A stretch of DNA of 64,000 nt from Chrysomallon squamiferum (taxonomy: Eukaryota; Animalia; Mollusca). Positions 1 through 14,399 of the stretch are shown piece after piece. Position 1 is the first letter of the stretch. The number at the start of each line of letters is the position of its first letter. The notes beneath the pieces were generated by a model that did no database searches, was not told the origin of the DNA, and was given only the letters and a program-made list of their open reading frames with translations. Location: the NCBI GenBank assembly GCA_012295275.1, contig CM022675.1:806001-870000 (forward strand). Direction: 5' to 3'. The translations under genes and the position numbers were made by a program.

Positions 1-1705
1 GTTGTTTATTGTTATCATTTTTATTTATTGTTATTGTTATTGTTATTTATTTGACTATTTTTGTTTATTATTATTGTTATCAATATTATTATTATTATTA
101 CATTTAACAAAAGACCATGTTATATTGTTACTGTCAAGAAAAAAGAGAGGGGAGAGGATTAAGAGTGAGAGAAAGAAGAAGAGAGAAAGATGGAGAAAAA
201 AAGAAATGGAAGTCAGAAGATGAGATTAAAAATGTAAAAAGAAAACAGAGAGAGAAAAAAAGAAGAAAGAATGTAAATATGACAGAAAAAATTAACAAAA
301 ATTACAAAATAAGTATTTTGTAAATATTTCCAACAACAACAAACACAAGTTTAAAATTACAAACATAACACAAATAACTGAAAAAAAAACCAACAAATAA
401 ATGTTAGTTTTTCTTTTTTTTCTCATCTTTTTTTTTTTTTTTTTTAAATGAAAAATTACATGTACGAACTTGAACTATGATAAATGAAAACAACTTGCAC
501 AATTTATCTTTCTGACCCACTACGAGGAAACAATAATTACTGAATTCACACATTATCACACGTTCCTGTGCAGTCTGAGAAATAGTCAAAATTCCTCAAC
601 TTTCCAACCAAAGCACAAAACAACTGTTTTGAAAGACAAACATTTCTGTCTGTCAGAATATAATTAGTATGTAACCTTCAATGAGTTGTTGAGGTTTGGA
701 GTAATTCTGTGAACCCAGTGTGAAGTAGTTTATCAAGATAATTCTGAAACTTGTACATAAACCAAGAGAGGAGAAAACAGAGGTTAAACAGATGTCAGTG
801 GTTTCAGTGAGAAAGAGCTAATTTTTGTTTTTAGTTCATTGTGCAAATAAATAAATAAATAAACAAATAAACAATGAAACAAGTAAACAAACAAATAAAT
901 AAGAAAGTAATAAATAAACAAGTGAATAAAAACAAATAAATATATAAAAAAAAATAAAAAATAAACTAAAATAAATGAATACAAAAATAATTATATTTTA
1001 AATTAAAAAATCAAAAAAATATTTAAGCATTTTGAAATGCATCTAAAAAAAATCGCGGTCTTTCAGCTTTTCAAAAAAATAATAAGTATAAAAAATTTGA
1101 AAAATTAAAAACAAAACCAAATAAATAAAAAATATTCTTCCATTTAAAAATAAAAATACATTTTAAACTATGCGTTATGCCTTACGGCGTCTTGTAATGA
1201 TTTAGGCTATAGCTTGTGTAATACATGCATTTACGTTATTATGGTACACAGTTCAATCGACTTTACATAAAAAAGACAAGACTTGAGTATATCGGTAATA
1301 AATAAAATAAAATAAAAAATAAATAAAACAAATAAATTTTAAAAGACAAGACTTAAAAGATAAAAACATAAAAAAATAAATAATAAATGTTTTAGTTCTT
1401 AAGGCTGAATTTAATGAATGAATGAGCAGAAAAATGAACACAGATGAATTAAAATTTAAAAAAAGACTGATTAATCAGACAAATTTACTTTTGTCAAAGG
1501 ACTGATAGATGAACAAATGAAGACTAATTAATTAGAAATAACTAAGGACAGACAGATGAAAGAATGAAGGTTGATTAATTGGTATTTTCAGCTACATGTG
1601 CTGATTTAAATCTGTATGAATGGTTTGATGGGCTGTCAAATATTAAAAGTGAATTATTTTTCAGTCAGAATACCAACTAATTCCATTAGCTTGCTCGCTC
1701 ACTCT

Positions 1706-1709
<4 letters not shown>

Positions 1710-1773
<64 letters not shown>

Positions 1774-3480
1774 TCTCTTTCTCTGTCTTCTCTCTCAGTC
1801 TAACTCTCTGTCCGCTTTCTCAGTCTAACTCTCTGTCCTTTCTCAGTCTAACTCTCTGTCCGCTTTCTCAGTCTAACTCTCTGTCCTTTCTCAGTCTAAC
1901 TCTCTGTCTGCTTTCTCAGTCTAACTCTCTGTCCTTTCTCAGTCTAACTCTCTGTCCGCTTTCTCAGTCTAACTCTCTGTCCTTTCTCAGACTAACTCTC
2001 TGTCCGCTTTCTCAGTCTAACTCTCTGTCCGCTTTCTCAGTCTAACTCTCTGTCCTTTCTCAGTCTAACTCTCTGTCCGCTTTCTCAGTCTAACTCTCTG
2101 TCCTTTCTCAGTCTAACTCTCTGTCCACTTTCTCAGTCTAACTCTCTGTCCTTTCTCAGACTAACTCTCTTTCTCTGTCTTCTCTCTCAGTCTAACTCTC
2201 TGTCCTTTCTCAGACTAACTCTCTTTCTCTGTCTTCTCTCTCAGACTAACTCTCTCTGTCCTTTCTCAGACTAACTCTCTTTCTCTGTCTTCTCTCTCAG
2301 ACTACTCTTTCTCTCTGTCCTATTTCTCAGACTAACTCTTTCTGTCATCTTTCTCAGTCTAACTCTCTCTGTCCTATTTCTCAGACTAACTCTCTCTGTC
2401 CTCTTTCTCAGACTAACTCTCTCTGTCCTTTCTCAGACTCTCTCTCTCTGTCCTTTCTCAGACTAACTCTCTCTGTCCTATTTCTCAGTCTAACTCTCTC
2501 TGTCCTATTTCTCAGACTAACTCTCTCTGTCCTCTTTCTCAGTCTAACTCTCTCTGTCCTCTTTCTCAGTCTAACTCTCTCTGTCCTTTCTCAGACTAAC
2601 TCTCTCTGTCCTTTCTCAGTCTAACTCTCTCTGTCCTTTCTCAGACTAACTCTCTCTGTCCTCTTTCTCAGTCTAACTCTCTCTGTCCTTTTTCTCAGAC
2701 TAACTCTCTCTGTCCTCTTTCTCAGACTAACTCTCTCTGTCCTCTTTCTTAGACTAACTCTCTCTGTCCTCTTTCTCAGTCAAACTCTCTCTGTCCTTTC
2801 TCAGACTAACTCTCTCTGTCCTCTTTCTCAGACTAACTCTCTCTGTCCTCTTTCTCAGTCTAACTCTCTCTGTCCTTTCTCAGACTAACTCTCTCTGTCC
2901 TCTTTCTTAGACTAACTCTCTCTGTCCTCTTTCTCAGACTAACTCTCTCTGTCCTCTTTCTCAGACTAACTCTCTCTGTCCTCTTTCTTAGACTAACTCT
3001 CTCTGTCCTCTTTCTCAGTCTAACTCTCTCTGTCCTTTCTCAGACTCTCTCTGTCCTTTCTCAGACTCTCTCTGTCCTCTTTCTCAGACTAACTCTCTCT
3101 GTCCTCTTTCTTAGACTAACTCTCTCTGTCCTTTCTCAGACTCTCTCTCTCTCTGTCCTCTTTCTCAGACTAACTCTCTCTGTCCTCTTTCTCAGACTAA
3201 CTCTCTCTGTCCTCTTTCTTAGACTAACTCTCTCTGTCCTCTTTCTCAGTCTAACTCTCTCTGTCCTTTCTCAGACTAACTCTCTCTGTCCTCTTTCTCA
3301 GACTAACTCTCTCTGTCCTTTCTCAGTCTAACTCTCTCTGTCCTTTCTCAGACTAACTCTCTCTGTCCTCTTTCTCAGACTAACTCTCTCTGTCCTCTTT
3401 CTCAGACTAACTCTCTCTGTCCTCTTTCTCACTCTCTCTCTCTGTCCTTTCTCAGACTCTCTCTCTCTCTCTCTCTCAGT
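1710..3480. repeat. (CT)n microsatellite grading into a ~22-26 bp minisatellite
   Basis: Dozens of units of TCTCAG(A/T)CTAACTCTCTCTGTCCT(CT)TT, with the unit variant changing along the array. Confidence 0.95.
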
Positions 3481-3729
3481 CTCTCTGTCTCTGAGTAAAT
3501 ATCTTTGACTTTCTCTCTAGTAAATTTTTCTCTTTCCACTCAGTCAGTCTCATTTTCTGTGTCTCTCTCTCATACACTCTCTCTGTCTCTCTGATATACA
3601 AATGAGTTAATTTTTCCAATACAAATCTAAACCGTTCTTCTTTTTCTCTTTTTTACTCACTCAATCCCACACACACATCACACTACATACATATAAAAAA
3701 CACCATTCACACATACCCCCATACACACA

Positions 3730-3766
<37 letters not shown>

Positions 3767-4229
3767 AAAAAAAGGCAAATTATTATTTCCAGTGGAATGC
3801 TAAGTGATCCTTCACCTCTGACATAAAATGAGAGAGAAAGCAAATAAAGGGGCAACAGAAGTAATTTGTGGCAAATGAAATGAAGATGGATGTAACGAGA
3901 GAGAACACAAATGTTGTGACTTGTTTGCGAGAGGTTCTGTTACCATGTGCAAAACACATCTTGTTCAAAATGTCAGAAATCAATATGGATAACACATGAA
4001 AGAATAAAAATCACTGTAGAGAAGATATTTCTGAGAAATGAATATAAAACATAACTTAAAAAATTGTTTTTTCAATAACCCCACCCTGGATAGATTTCAC
4101 TCACTGTCCTATACAGATATGTTTTTATATGGTGATTGAAGAAAGAGAATGAATGTGGGGGTGTTGTCTGTAATTTTAAAATCTCATAGCACAAGTATTT
4201 ATAAACTTAATGTTTATTTTGTGTGATTG

Positions 4230-4266
<37 letters not shown>

Positions 4267-6224
4267 TGCATCTGCATTTGTTTTTTGTATATATTTGTCT
4301 TGTGTGAGTGTCTGTACGTGCAAGTGTTTGTATGTGTGTATGTGTGTGTGCATGTGTGTCTATGAATTAATACTATCAACACCACAGAAAATAAAAATAT
4401 AATTTTATTTAAATATCAGCTGACTGATAAATGATGAATGGCAATGAGGGATCAATAATGTAAAAAAATAAAATAATAAATAAATAAATAAATAAATAAC
4501 AACAAATAACATAACAATCATCATAATAACAATAAACAACAAAAAAACAAGAAAGAAAGAAATGATCTCCAAATCTGAAACAGGAGATACATGCACACAC
4601 TACAACAGTGACAACGTTGCTTGTATTTAACATCGTCTAACAAGTCACGCATGAACAGTTTAATAAAACACTGAACCCCGGTTCTTTTCACTGCGTTCTC
4701 GTCTTATTTAATAACAATAGATTTTCTCCAGCAAATTGATTTTTATCCTTTCACGAGCCAACCCTGCGAAATTAGTTTTGTTATCTTCTAATTAACCTTC
4801 GGCACATCCCCATCGTCCTTAGTTTTCTTACTTGTTAAATAACACGATATCGCATTCTGTTGTTAATATGTAATAAGTCTTTGCTCGTTACTGTTCACTG
4901 TAATGCGATACGTCCCCGGTAGATATTGAATTTATTGTACGGGCATTTGTCTCCGACTAATTAAATTGGCATAATACACGGAACAAAAACAGAAATAATA
5001 TTTGTATTACTTATTAATAATACTACTACTCAGGGATGCTAGTTTTTCTGATCGGGGTGGGGGTAAAAAATGTTTAAGAGAGTAAGGAAATGGTTTATGG
5101 AATGAAGATAAATCAAAAAATTTAAAGATAGTATGTCTGAAAAATGATGAGAGATTGATTGATGGGTGGATATGGGTGGGTAATGGCATGAGAGGGGATA
5201 AGGTGGGAGGGATGTTAAAAAGGTGGGGGATGTTGCTGTGAAGATTGAGACTGCTGGTGTCAAAGAGCATTTATAGTAATATAAGTTGAAGTTAGAATGG
5301 GAAAATGTTTTAGTAATCAGATTATATAAGGGAGAAATACGTTTATTAAGATACAGAAGATATATATTAACATACATGTTGTTGTCATTCTTGGTGGTGG
5401 AGATGTTAATGTTAATTATTAATATTATTATTAGAATATTACAGATTTATTATTATTTTTATTATATTATTTATCTTTTGAATGCAAAGAATCTCACATT
5501 AACACTTTGAAATTATGTTCTGTTACAGATATGTGGAAGTTTAAATTCCAGGCACCATTTTGTATACTACATAATTTATTTCTAAATCTAAATGAATCGA
5601 CAAATATGTCAATTATAAAAACTATTTTATTTTAATTTCTTCTCCTTTTTGTTCCTGGATGCTTTTCAAACTCATGAAGATCTTTATTCAGTATCATGAA
5701 ACCTGAGTAGTTTTCATTAAAAGAAGAAAAGTAATTAGTGATAAAGAAAGAGAGAGAGGAAATAAAAGAAGGGCAGAGAAAAAGAAAAAGGAATGGAAGA
5801 AAGAAAGGAAGACAGAAAAGAAATGGTACAGAATACCACAAGATAGAATATATATTAGGCCTTGGATCAGTGAGAAAGCATTGTATCCTTTATAAACATT
5901 CAAAACCATCCAGAACAAACATCTGGAACCACCCTGGTTAAAGATCTGGAACTGCCCTACAACTCCACCATTCTGTCCAACATTAAACAAGGACTAAACA
6001 CACGTGGAGCAGTGAACTTTCTTCTGTGTTACTTCCTATCTACAATCTACAACTTTCAATCAAATTTATTCCTCCCTCGAGTCTTGATAATTATGAATCA
6101 TATTCTCTGCTGGCCTAGATAATTCAGAGTTATGTTCCCCTGGGTGGCTCTTTGATGTGAGTTCGTCTCGTAGAGGAATAATTAAGATTATTCGACACAG
6201 AAGCAGATCTGCATTAGTTTTAAC

Positions 6225-6295
6225 AGTCACAGTGTATGAAATAATGTGTCCAGATTGCCACACTGACACCAGGGGTTCAAATCCTGTTACAGGTA
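6225..6295 (+). mobile_element. Degenerate tRNA-derived (SINE-head-like) remnant
   Basis: B-box GGTTCAAATCC at about 6274-6284, preceded by TTGCCAC (resembles an anticodon loop). Stems do not pair, so it is not a functional tRNA. Confidence 0.3.
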
Positions 6296-6876
6296 TTAGC
6301 TGTATGAAATAATTGAATACATTCAACACATTTTTCTTTTTCCATTTGCCACTTTTAAAATAAAATAATGCATAATATTACAATAAATATACACATATAT
6401 ATATGGCTATTAAGATTATTTTTTTCAACATCAGTGACTCAACAGAAATCAATAATTAATGCTCTAAATTTTTTAATTTTCTGAATAGTTTTCAGTCCTC
6501 TGTCAAAGATGATATATTAGTACAGTTCAAACACAAAGCTTGGAAATAGAAAAACACTTCTATCTTCAATAGTTGGACCATCTATAATAAACTTCTCTCT
6601 TTTTTTCTTTTTCTTTCTCTCCTTTTCTCTTTTCCTTTATCTCCATTCCTACATGTCTCCCTTTTTCACTCTTTTACACACACACCCAGACTAAACTCTA
6701 TTTAAGTAAAACCTGCAATTACTTTAAACATTTTTCCCTGCACCTGCTCACAACAATTACAGAAATTTCGTAGATGCTGCGTGTAATTTGATTTTATTAC
6801 CTGACTTTAACAACTCAGGGAAACGATGTAGATGTCAGACTTCAATACATTTTACACACACACCCACGCATGCACT

Positions 6877-6910
<34 letters not shown>

Positions 6911-8439
6911 TACTCACATACATAATTCATGAGTAATTACCCACTGTACTGCCTCTGTAGTTTCACCTCACCTATCTGAAGCGTTGTTATTCATGTAAAT
7001 ACAAATTAGAAATATGCTGAGTCAAAAGGAAAAGTTTTTAATTCTTTTGCCATTAGTTCTACCTGATCCTGCAGCAACATCCATTAACAAAATCACATAC
7101 TTAGCTACATATCAACGTATCTGTATATCAACGTATCTGTACTACTGATATACATTTACACAGATTAACAATGAAATCAGTGAAAGTGTTTTCCTCTTTA
7201 TGTAGCTCATTTGCTATTACAGACTTACTGACAGATGACATATACAAATATACAAACTCATGCATACAGATATACACACACTCACATACAAACAGATATC
7301 ACAAATACCCACAAACACACACCATACAAATATATAAAAAATATATACACAGAAAAGTAAAAACCAGAAAGTTTTTTCCCTTTCATTTTGTCTATTTGCA
7401 AACTGCAAAAAACAATACACCAAAACACATATTAAGAAAAAAACAAAGAAGAAAAAAGAAAGACAAAAACATTTTCCATTTGCTAGTTCATTTGCTAATT
7501 GCAGAATAAATCCAGTTGAAGATTAGATGGTTACTAAAAACAGCATCATGTTGCTGTTTCAGTGAACATAAAATCAAAAACACATTTGAAACAGGTAATA
7601 TACAAAGCAAAACAAGAAAAATAAAAATATCCTGGTGTAGGTTTATTTCTCCTATTTTTTTTTATATTTATGTACAGATGTTGGTAATATGATTAAATAA
7701 TGATGATGATGATGATGATGATAAAAATAATAATAATGATAACAAAAATAAAAATGGTGCTCATGATGATGATGATGATGATAAGAAGAAATCTGCAAAC
7801 AGAAGAGTAATTCTGCAAAACACTTGGAAAATAAATGGAACAATTTTCCTGGAATAATATTTTCATAAAGAGAAATTTCTATCTCAAAGTTGAGTTCAAC
7901 AATTTTATCTAAGAAATCTTTTCATATGGTCTTATCAAGTTTCTTCTTCTGCATCATCATTATATAGAAACAAAAATAAAAAATAAAAAAAAAAAACACT
8001 CAACTTGTTAATAACCAAATATACTTGGATATTCATTCATTTACATGTATCATGAAAAGATGAAACTTCCTGAAGATGTCAGGCAAACTACCTTCCATTC
8101 TCATTCAAATTGTCTTAACTCTTTTGTTGCCATGACAACCAAAAATCTCCATAACAGGAACAAAGAAACCCAGTCCATTTGGACTTGAGTATGGTATGAT
8201 TGTGATGTAACATTTTTTTTTTTTTTTTTTTCTTTCTCTGTAATCTTAAATTGATATTTAAAATTTATGGAAATGATATTAGAAACTTGGGAAAACAATT
8301 CAGCTGAGGAGAATGATGCATGAAACAAGATGATTACAGTGAAAGTGAAAGGAATGACTGACAGCACTAATAATCTTACTTCAGTATTAATGAGAAAGTA
8401 ATATTGTACATTCCCAGTGACTATGAAGTAATAAATGTA

Positions 8440-8680
8440 CATTTAACATGATTATAGAATATTTTACATTTAAAATGACTATGAAAACAATATTTTACAT
8501 TTAAACGTGACTATGAAAATAACACTTTTACATTCAACAAGACTATGAAAACAATATTTTACATTTAAAATGACCATGAAAATAACATTCAACATGATTA
8601 TAAAAACAATTTTACATTTTAAATGACTATGAAGATTTTAATTTTACATTCACCATGACTATGATAATAATAATCTTACA
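8440..8680. repeat. ~40 bp degenerate tandem repeat
   Basis: Recurrent TTTTACATTTAAAATGACTATGAAAACAATA. Confidence 0.8.
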
Positions 8681-8943
8681 AGTAAAAATATCCCCCAAAA
8701 ATATAATAGTTTTAGATTCAGAAGTGACTGAAATTATTTTTATATTTAAAATAACTGAAAAATAAATCTGCATATATGTATTTTAAGAATAAATGGTTCC
8801 TATGAATACAATTTAAGATATAGTTTTTTTTTTAAAAAGGAGTTACCTGAAATGGGAAATATGATATAAACTATAAATATATATATATATAAACAGATTA
8901 ATAAATAATTTCCAATAAGTAAACAAACAAGATAAAATAAAAT

Positions 8944-8979
<36 letters not shown>

Positions 8980-10024
8980 TTTAAAACTACAAGTTAAACA
9001 TGTTTCTTAATAAACAGCATTAATTCCCTTTCTTATTTTATTTATTCAAATACCCCCAACCCTCACCCACACACACATACACACATATATCAACCACACA
9101 CAAATATTAACATCCGAACTCATCTTCTTAACCTTTTCCTCAATTAAATTCAAAAACCTCTTTTTACCAGAAAATACAATCAAACGTCTGCAATGACAAG
9201 GACTAATTTAAAACTGCCATGGAAATGAAAGACATGAAGAGGTTTCTAGAATGTTCAAGAAAGATTTTCCACAAGGGACTAGTAAATTTGCTGAGGTATT
9301 TCTGGTGATGTGACCAAACTGATACTTAAACGAGCGTGTGAATGTTTGACTGCAGCTCCACACCACCTGCAACTGAGTACTCAGACTCGACAACAAAAAC
9401 ACAAAACTCAGCAAAAAGAAAAGAAAGAGAAATGATTCCAAGGTTTTAGAGGTAAGCAAGACAATAAAATGTAGAAGATGATGATTGAAAAACTGCGATA
9501 TAAATAAAAATAATAATTATCTTATTATGTGTACAAAAAAACGTAAATGGTGAATACGCGACTGTTTTTAAATCTTTATTATCTGTGCAGATTAATAAAT
9601 TAGTTTGAAACATTTGTGAAATAAATTTAATAAAAGTAGTAAAAGATGATTTGAAAAATGGCAATGTTTGTAATTATTGTGTGTGAAAAAATAAAAATAT
9701 GACAAAGTGATAAACTGTTGTTATCTTTATATCCAAATCAGAATAAATTAGTTTGAAACATTTGTAAAATAAATTTTATAAAAGCAGCTTAACAGATATG
9801 TTGAAATTAATTTATTGTTAAAAGTACATATAGTAAATAATGATTTGAATAATATTTATGTGTGAAAGAAATATTGTAAATTAGGGGAAAAAAAGTTTTA
9901 ATACAGATTTTATAGGCTAACTTTTATGCAGAATTATAAATATTGTGAAAGCTTAAATTATTATCATCTTTCTTTTTAAAAATGAAAAATCTTGATATAT
10001 TTGTAAAATAAATGTAATTTTCGT

Positions 10025-10080
10025 TTGTTTAATGACACCCCAGTACAAAAAATTGGCTAGCGGGTGTCATTCAAAGTTAA
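10025..10080. repeat. Short hairpin element
   Basis: Perfect 10-bp inverted repeat AATGACACCC (10031-10040) and GGGTGTCATT (10062-10071). Confidence 0.6.
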
Positions 10081-11134
10081 ATAAAACAATTATTTACAAG
10101 TCAGTGTAAATATCTTACTTATATTATATATATATTGAACAGATATAAAGAAAGCCAGTAGTAGTGTTAATATTTGTACAATTAAAACAAGTAGATGATA
10201 TATTTGTTGGAGTTTGTTTTAGGTCGAACATTTCTTGTATGAAATGCATAAAGCCATGTTTGGCAAATCTTAATCTTGTATGGAAAAAAATATATATTGA
10301 AAGTTTTCTTGCCTTGACAATTATGAAACTCCCATATTAATAAAAATAAATAAATAAAATAAATAAAATAAATAAATAAAGTAAGTAAGTAAGTAAGTGA
10401 GTGAGTGAGTGAGTGAGTGAGTGAGTAACTAAGTAAGTAAGGAAGGAAGGAAGTAAAGAAAGAAAGAAATAAACAAACAAATAAACAAATAAATAAAAAT
10501 AAATATAAAAATATAAAAATCTTCATTCATAACAAAACTGGTAATATCATTTTTTTCCCCCCCCAACAACTGATGAGAACAAAATGAAGAATTAAATCTA
10601 CCATAAAACATTTAAATTTTCTGCTTCTCATCTCTCTCAGGAGACTGTGGTTTCATCCAGGCTGTAGCTATGATGGCTAACAATTATAGTTTTGTGCAAA
10701 TTGATGAATTATTTTAATAATTCACCGTCCTTTTCTATCCCAAGTGAGCAATATTTCGCAAACTTAATTTTCACAGAATTATGAACGAATTGCAAGAAAA
10801 TATCCTTAACGACGGGCTGGCATGAAGAGCAAACCGAGACAAAATGTTTGTGTAAATAATTAATCATCGCCTGATTGCAGTGTTGACAGCCCGCTCAGAG
10901 GTTGTGAAATTTCAGTGATTTTAAAGGAGATATAAATTAACATTTACTAATGGCTGCGATAAAATGTTGTTTTTTTAATCTTTATTAGTGTTATTATTAT
11001 TATTATTATTATTATTTATTTAATTCTTTATTTATTTATTTTATTTTATTTTATTTTATTTTATTTTATTTTATTTTATTCTTTATTTATTTATTATTTT
11101 TAATTTTATTTAATTTAATTTTTTTATATTTTAT

Positions 11135-11173
<39 letters not shown>

Positions 11174-11457
11174 TATTTTTTATTTTTTTTTATTTTGAGT
11201 ATCTGCATTCTTGTATGTACATCTCTGTAACATTATCATTATCTTATTTCTTTCTCCTGCTTTCTTTTTTCTGTCGTTTTAAATTCATTATCTTCTTCTC
11301 ACTCTCTTTCTCACTATTACATTTCTTTTCTTTTTTTCTTTTCCCTTCTCCTGTCATTTCTCCCCTAACTTTTAATGTTGTTTTTCTATCTCTCTATCCT
11401 ACATTTTCTCTTTTCTGTTTCTTCTTTTCATTTTCTTTCTCTCTTATTCTTTCTCTG

Positions 11458-11515
<58 letters not shown>

Positions 11516-14399
11516 TTTCATTTTCTGCCTCATGTTTCTTTTATTGGTCTGTTTTTCTCTTATTCTTTCTTTGCTTCTCTTTACTTTTCTCTCATCTCTC
11601 TCTCTCGGCAAATCAAACCACGGTTTTCTTCGTATCATTCTTTTCATCTTATGAACATTTTTTATTTATTCCCTGAACAGATAATGTTATTAAAATTTAA
11701 ATATTAACATTTTAATTTAGAAATTTCAAAAACTCTGCATCAAACCACAGATCAGCAAGATTAAAGCAAACTGACCAACTAATTTATTATTCATGAGGTC
11801 GGGCTCATTAATTATTAATTTAATTACTTATGTCAAATTCAGTATTCCTTTCTTTGCTGTCTTCTTACATTTCTAATTAAGCATGTCAAGATTAACTGAT
11901 ATATTGGTACTATATCATTGGTAGTGATCAGCTGTTTTTTTTTATTAATAAATAATTAGATTTTTCTGATTTAATTTCGAAACAGAACAAACAAGAAAAG
12001 AAAGTAATTACTTTCCCCCAAGTCATGAAAAATTGATATTGTGAGTGCAGAAAAGTCTTTTGTTCAATGTTAAAGATTCTTGTAAATCAAAGCAGTGAGA
12101 GTGAGGGGAAAGAGAGAGAGAGAGGGAGGGATAGAGAGGGGGAAAGAGAGTAAGGGGGAGAGTGATGGAGGAAGGAGAGTGATGGAAGAGAGACACATAC
12201 ACACACACATGCATACACTGACTCTTCAGATGTGAGAGAGATAGGCAGGGAGTCAGTTGGAAAAGAAAGAGTTTATAAAGAAAAGGAGGAGAGAAAAAGA
12301 CAAACCATGAGACACAAAAAGAAAAAAAAAAGAGAGAGAGAGATAAAAAGACAATTGAATAAGAAAAAATAAACAGAAAAGTAAGCACAGGGTTAAAAAC
12401 TGTTTTGTCTGCAGTTTTTTAAAGTTAACTCAATCAGTACATCTGCACCTGTTTACCATGTACACGCGGCAGCAGATATTAAATTCAGGCACATTTGCTG
12501 TTATCTTGACATTAGCCAGACACATGCTGCATTGTACCTGGTGTGTTTATCCCATTAAATCTTCATTCACTAAATGTTGTGGGGTTCTTACAGATCTGCT
12601 TTCATTAGATTATCGGTTTTCTTTGATAACAGGCTTACGTTTCCTCATGTGAAACTGCTGAATCCAGCTTCAAAACAATCCTTGGTAAAGATAATTTAAT
12701 TTAAAAACCACACTGCACTCGAGGTTCATGTTTGTAATTTGTGTGTGTGCATGTGTGTGTTTACACATGAATACATTTATGTGTGATATACATACATATA
12801 CATACACATATATATAAAAGAGTGAATATAAAATTGAAGATTGGATTTGAGCCTAAGTTTTACATGTTATATTCTAATCTTTTTAAAGAAAAATGTAAAG
12901 AAAAAAAAAAAAAAAATTCACCTCCAAAATAAGTAAATAAGATGTTTATTTATGTAAAGTCTACATTTTTTTTAAATTTTATTTATTTATTTTTTTACAA
13001 GTTTTTACAAGTTTTTAACACTGGAAACTGTGTCTGCATTCAAATATGTTTTCTTATAGATTAAAAACAAATGATATTTTCTCCCCTCCCTCTCTCTTTC
13101 TTTCTCTCTCACATGCACTTATCCACACCTATCAGCTGTAAAACATATTAACTATAGAATTAATCAATGACACACACACACACACACACATATTTGTGTG
13201 TATGAAATATTTCTCTCTATATTTCATTCTTCTGTTCTCTATAAATAAACATCACCTAAAATTTGTATTATTTTAAAGCACATACTATGAAGTTCCTTAT
13301 AGTGACTCCTCATTGACTAACTATATGGTCAGTCTTTATAGAGTTTTTGTCTGTACCATAAAAACAATTTCAGCTAAAACATATGAACATAAAAACATAG
13401 GACTAGTTGAATATCTACAATTTGTTAGTTACATATATATAGGGAACATTTCAAACTTGCATTAATCATTGTCAATAAAAAAAATAATCAAAAACATGAA
13501 GAAGAAGAAAAAAGAAAAAAAAAGAAAAAAAAAGAAAAAAAGAGAAATAAATGATACCATTTAAATGAAAAGCTACAGAAACAAAAATTTTGAAAAGACT
13601 GAATTCAGATAAATGGAGGATATATATATTTTTTTTTTAAATACACTATAATAATACACAGTTCATACTCACAACATTAAAAACATTTTAGTCAAATTAA
13701 ATGCTGCAGTAAGATGTTATTTTTCATAAAATTTCATCATCACAATTGAACTGTTTTAATATTTACTTTTATAAAATTTTGATGAAATATACCAAATTTA
13801 TTTAAACTGTTGAAGCAAACATTTTATTTTTAAAAAATATTAAAATTTTTTAATCAATTCAGTTAATATCTTTTCTAAACAAACAATCCAAAATAAAATA
13901 AAAAACTTTTTTTTAAATAATAAGATAGAAAATATAATGATAATAATTATATTCTTAATCTACATCAGATTTAAAGTATTATAACTTTGAGATTACAAAC
14001 AAACTTAAGTATGATGAAAAACACTTTACACTTTACAAACAAAATATGGAAGAATATAATTCCGTTAAGGCAAAATCATTCTCAATAGCACTAAAAAATA
14101 ATGTTAGTCCTGATTTGTGAAGAAATATAAACAGAATTAATAAAATTATATAATTTCACCTTAAACTTAGCATCTCTTTTGCATGCTGGGTCAGTGTAAA
14201 TATTTTATTAAAGGAATTATTATTTTTTTTACCTCCATTTATCATGATGTAGTTGATATTACTGCATGACATACAATGACACATAATGAATTCAATTCTA
14301 CAAGGACTCCAAAATAACAGGGTATTACTATACAATACTACTAAATTTAAAAAATGTATTTACCTGAACAAATAAGATAATGCAGTGACAGTTACTTAC

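Noticed and set aside
6225-6295. Functional tRNA gene
   Set aside because: Only the B-box and an anticodon-like loop are recognisable; the cloverleaf stems do not pair.
2-13000. Many short ORFs rich in F/L/I/Y, SL, CV, TH or RE runs (similar ORFs occur throughout the introns)
   Set aside because: They are translations of microsatellites and AT-rich low-complexity DNA, with no domain motifs and no consistent splice phases.
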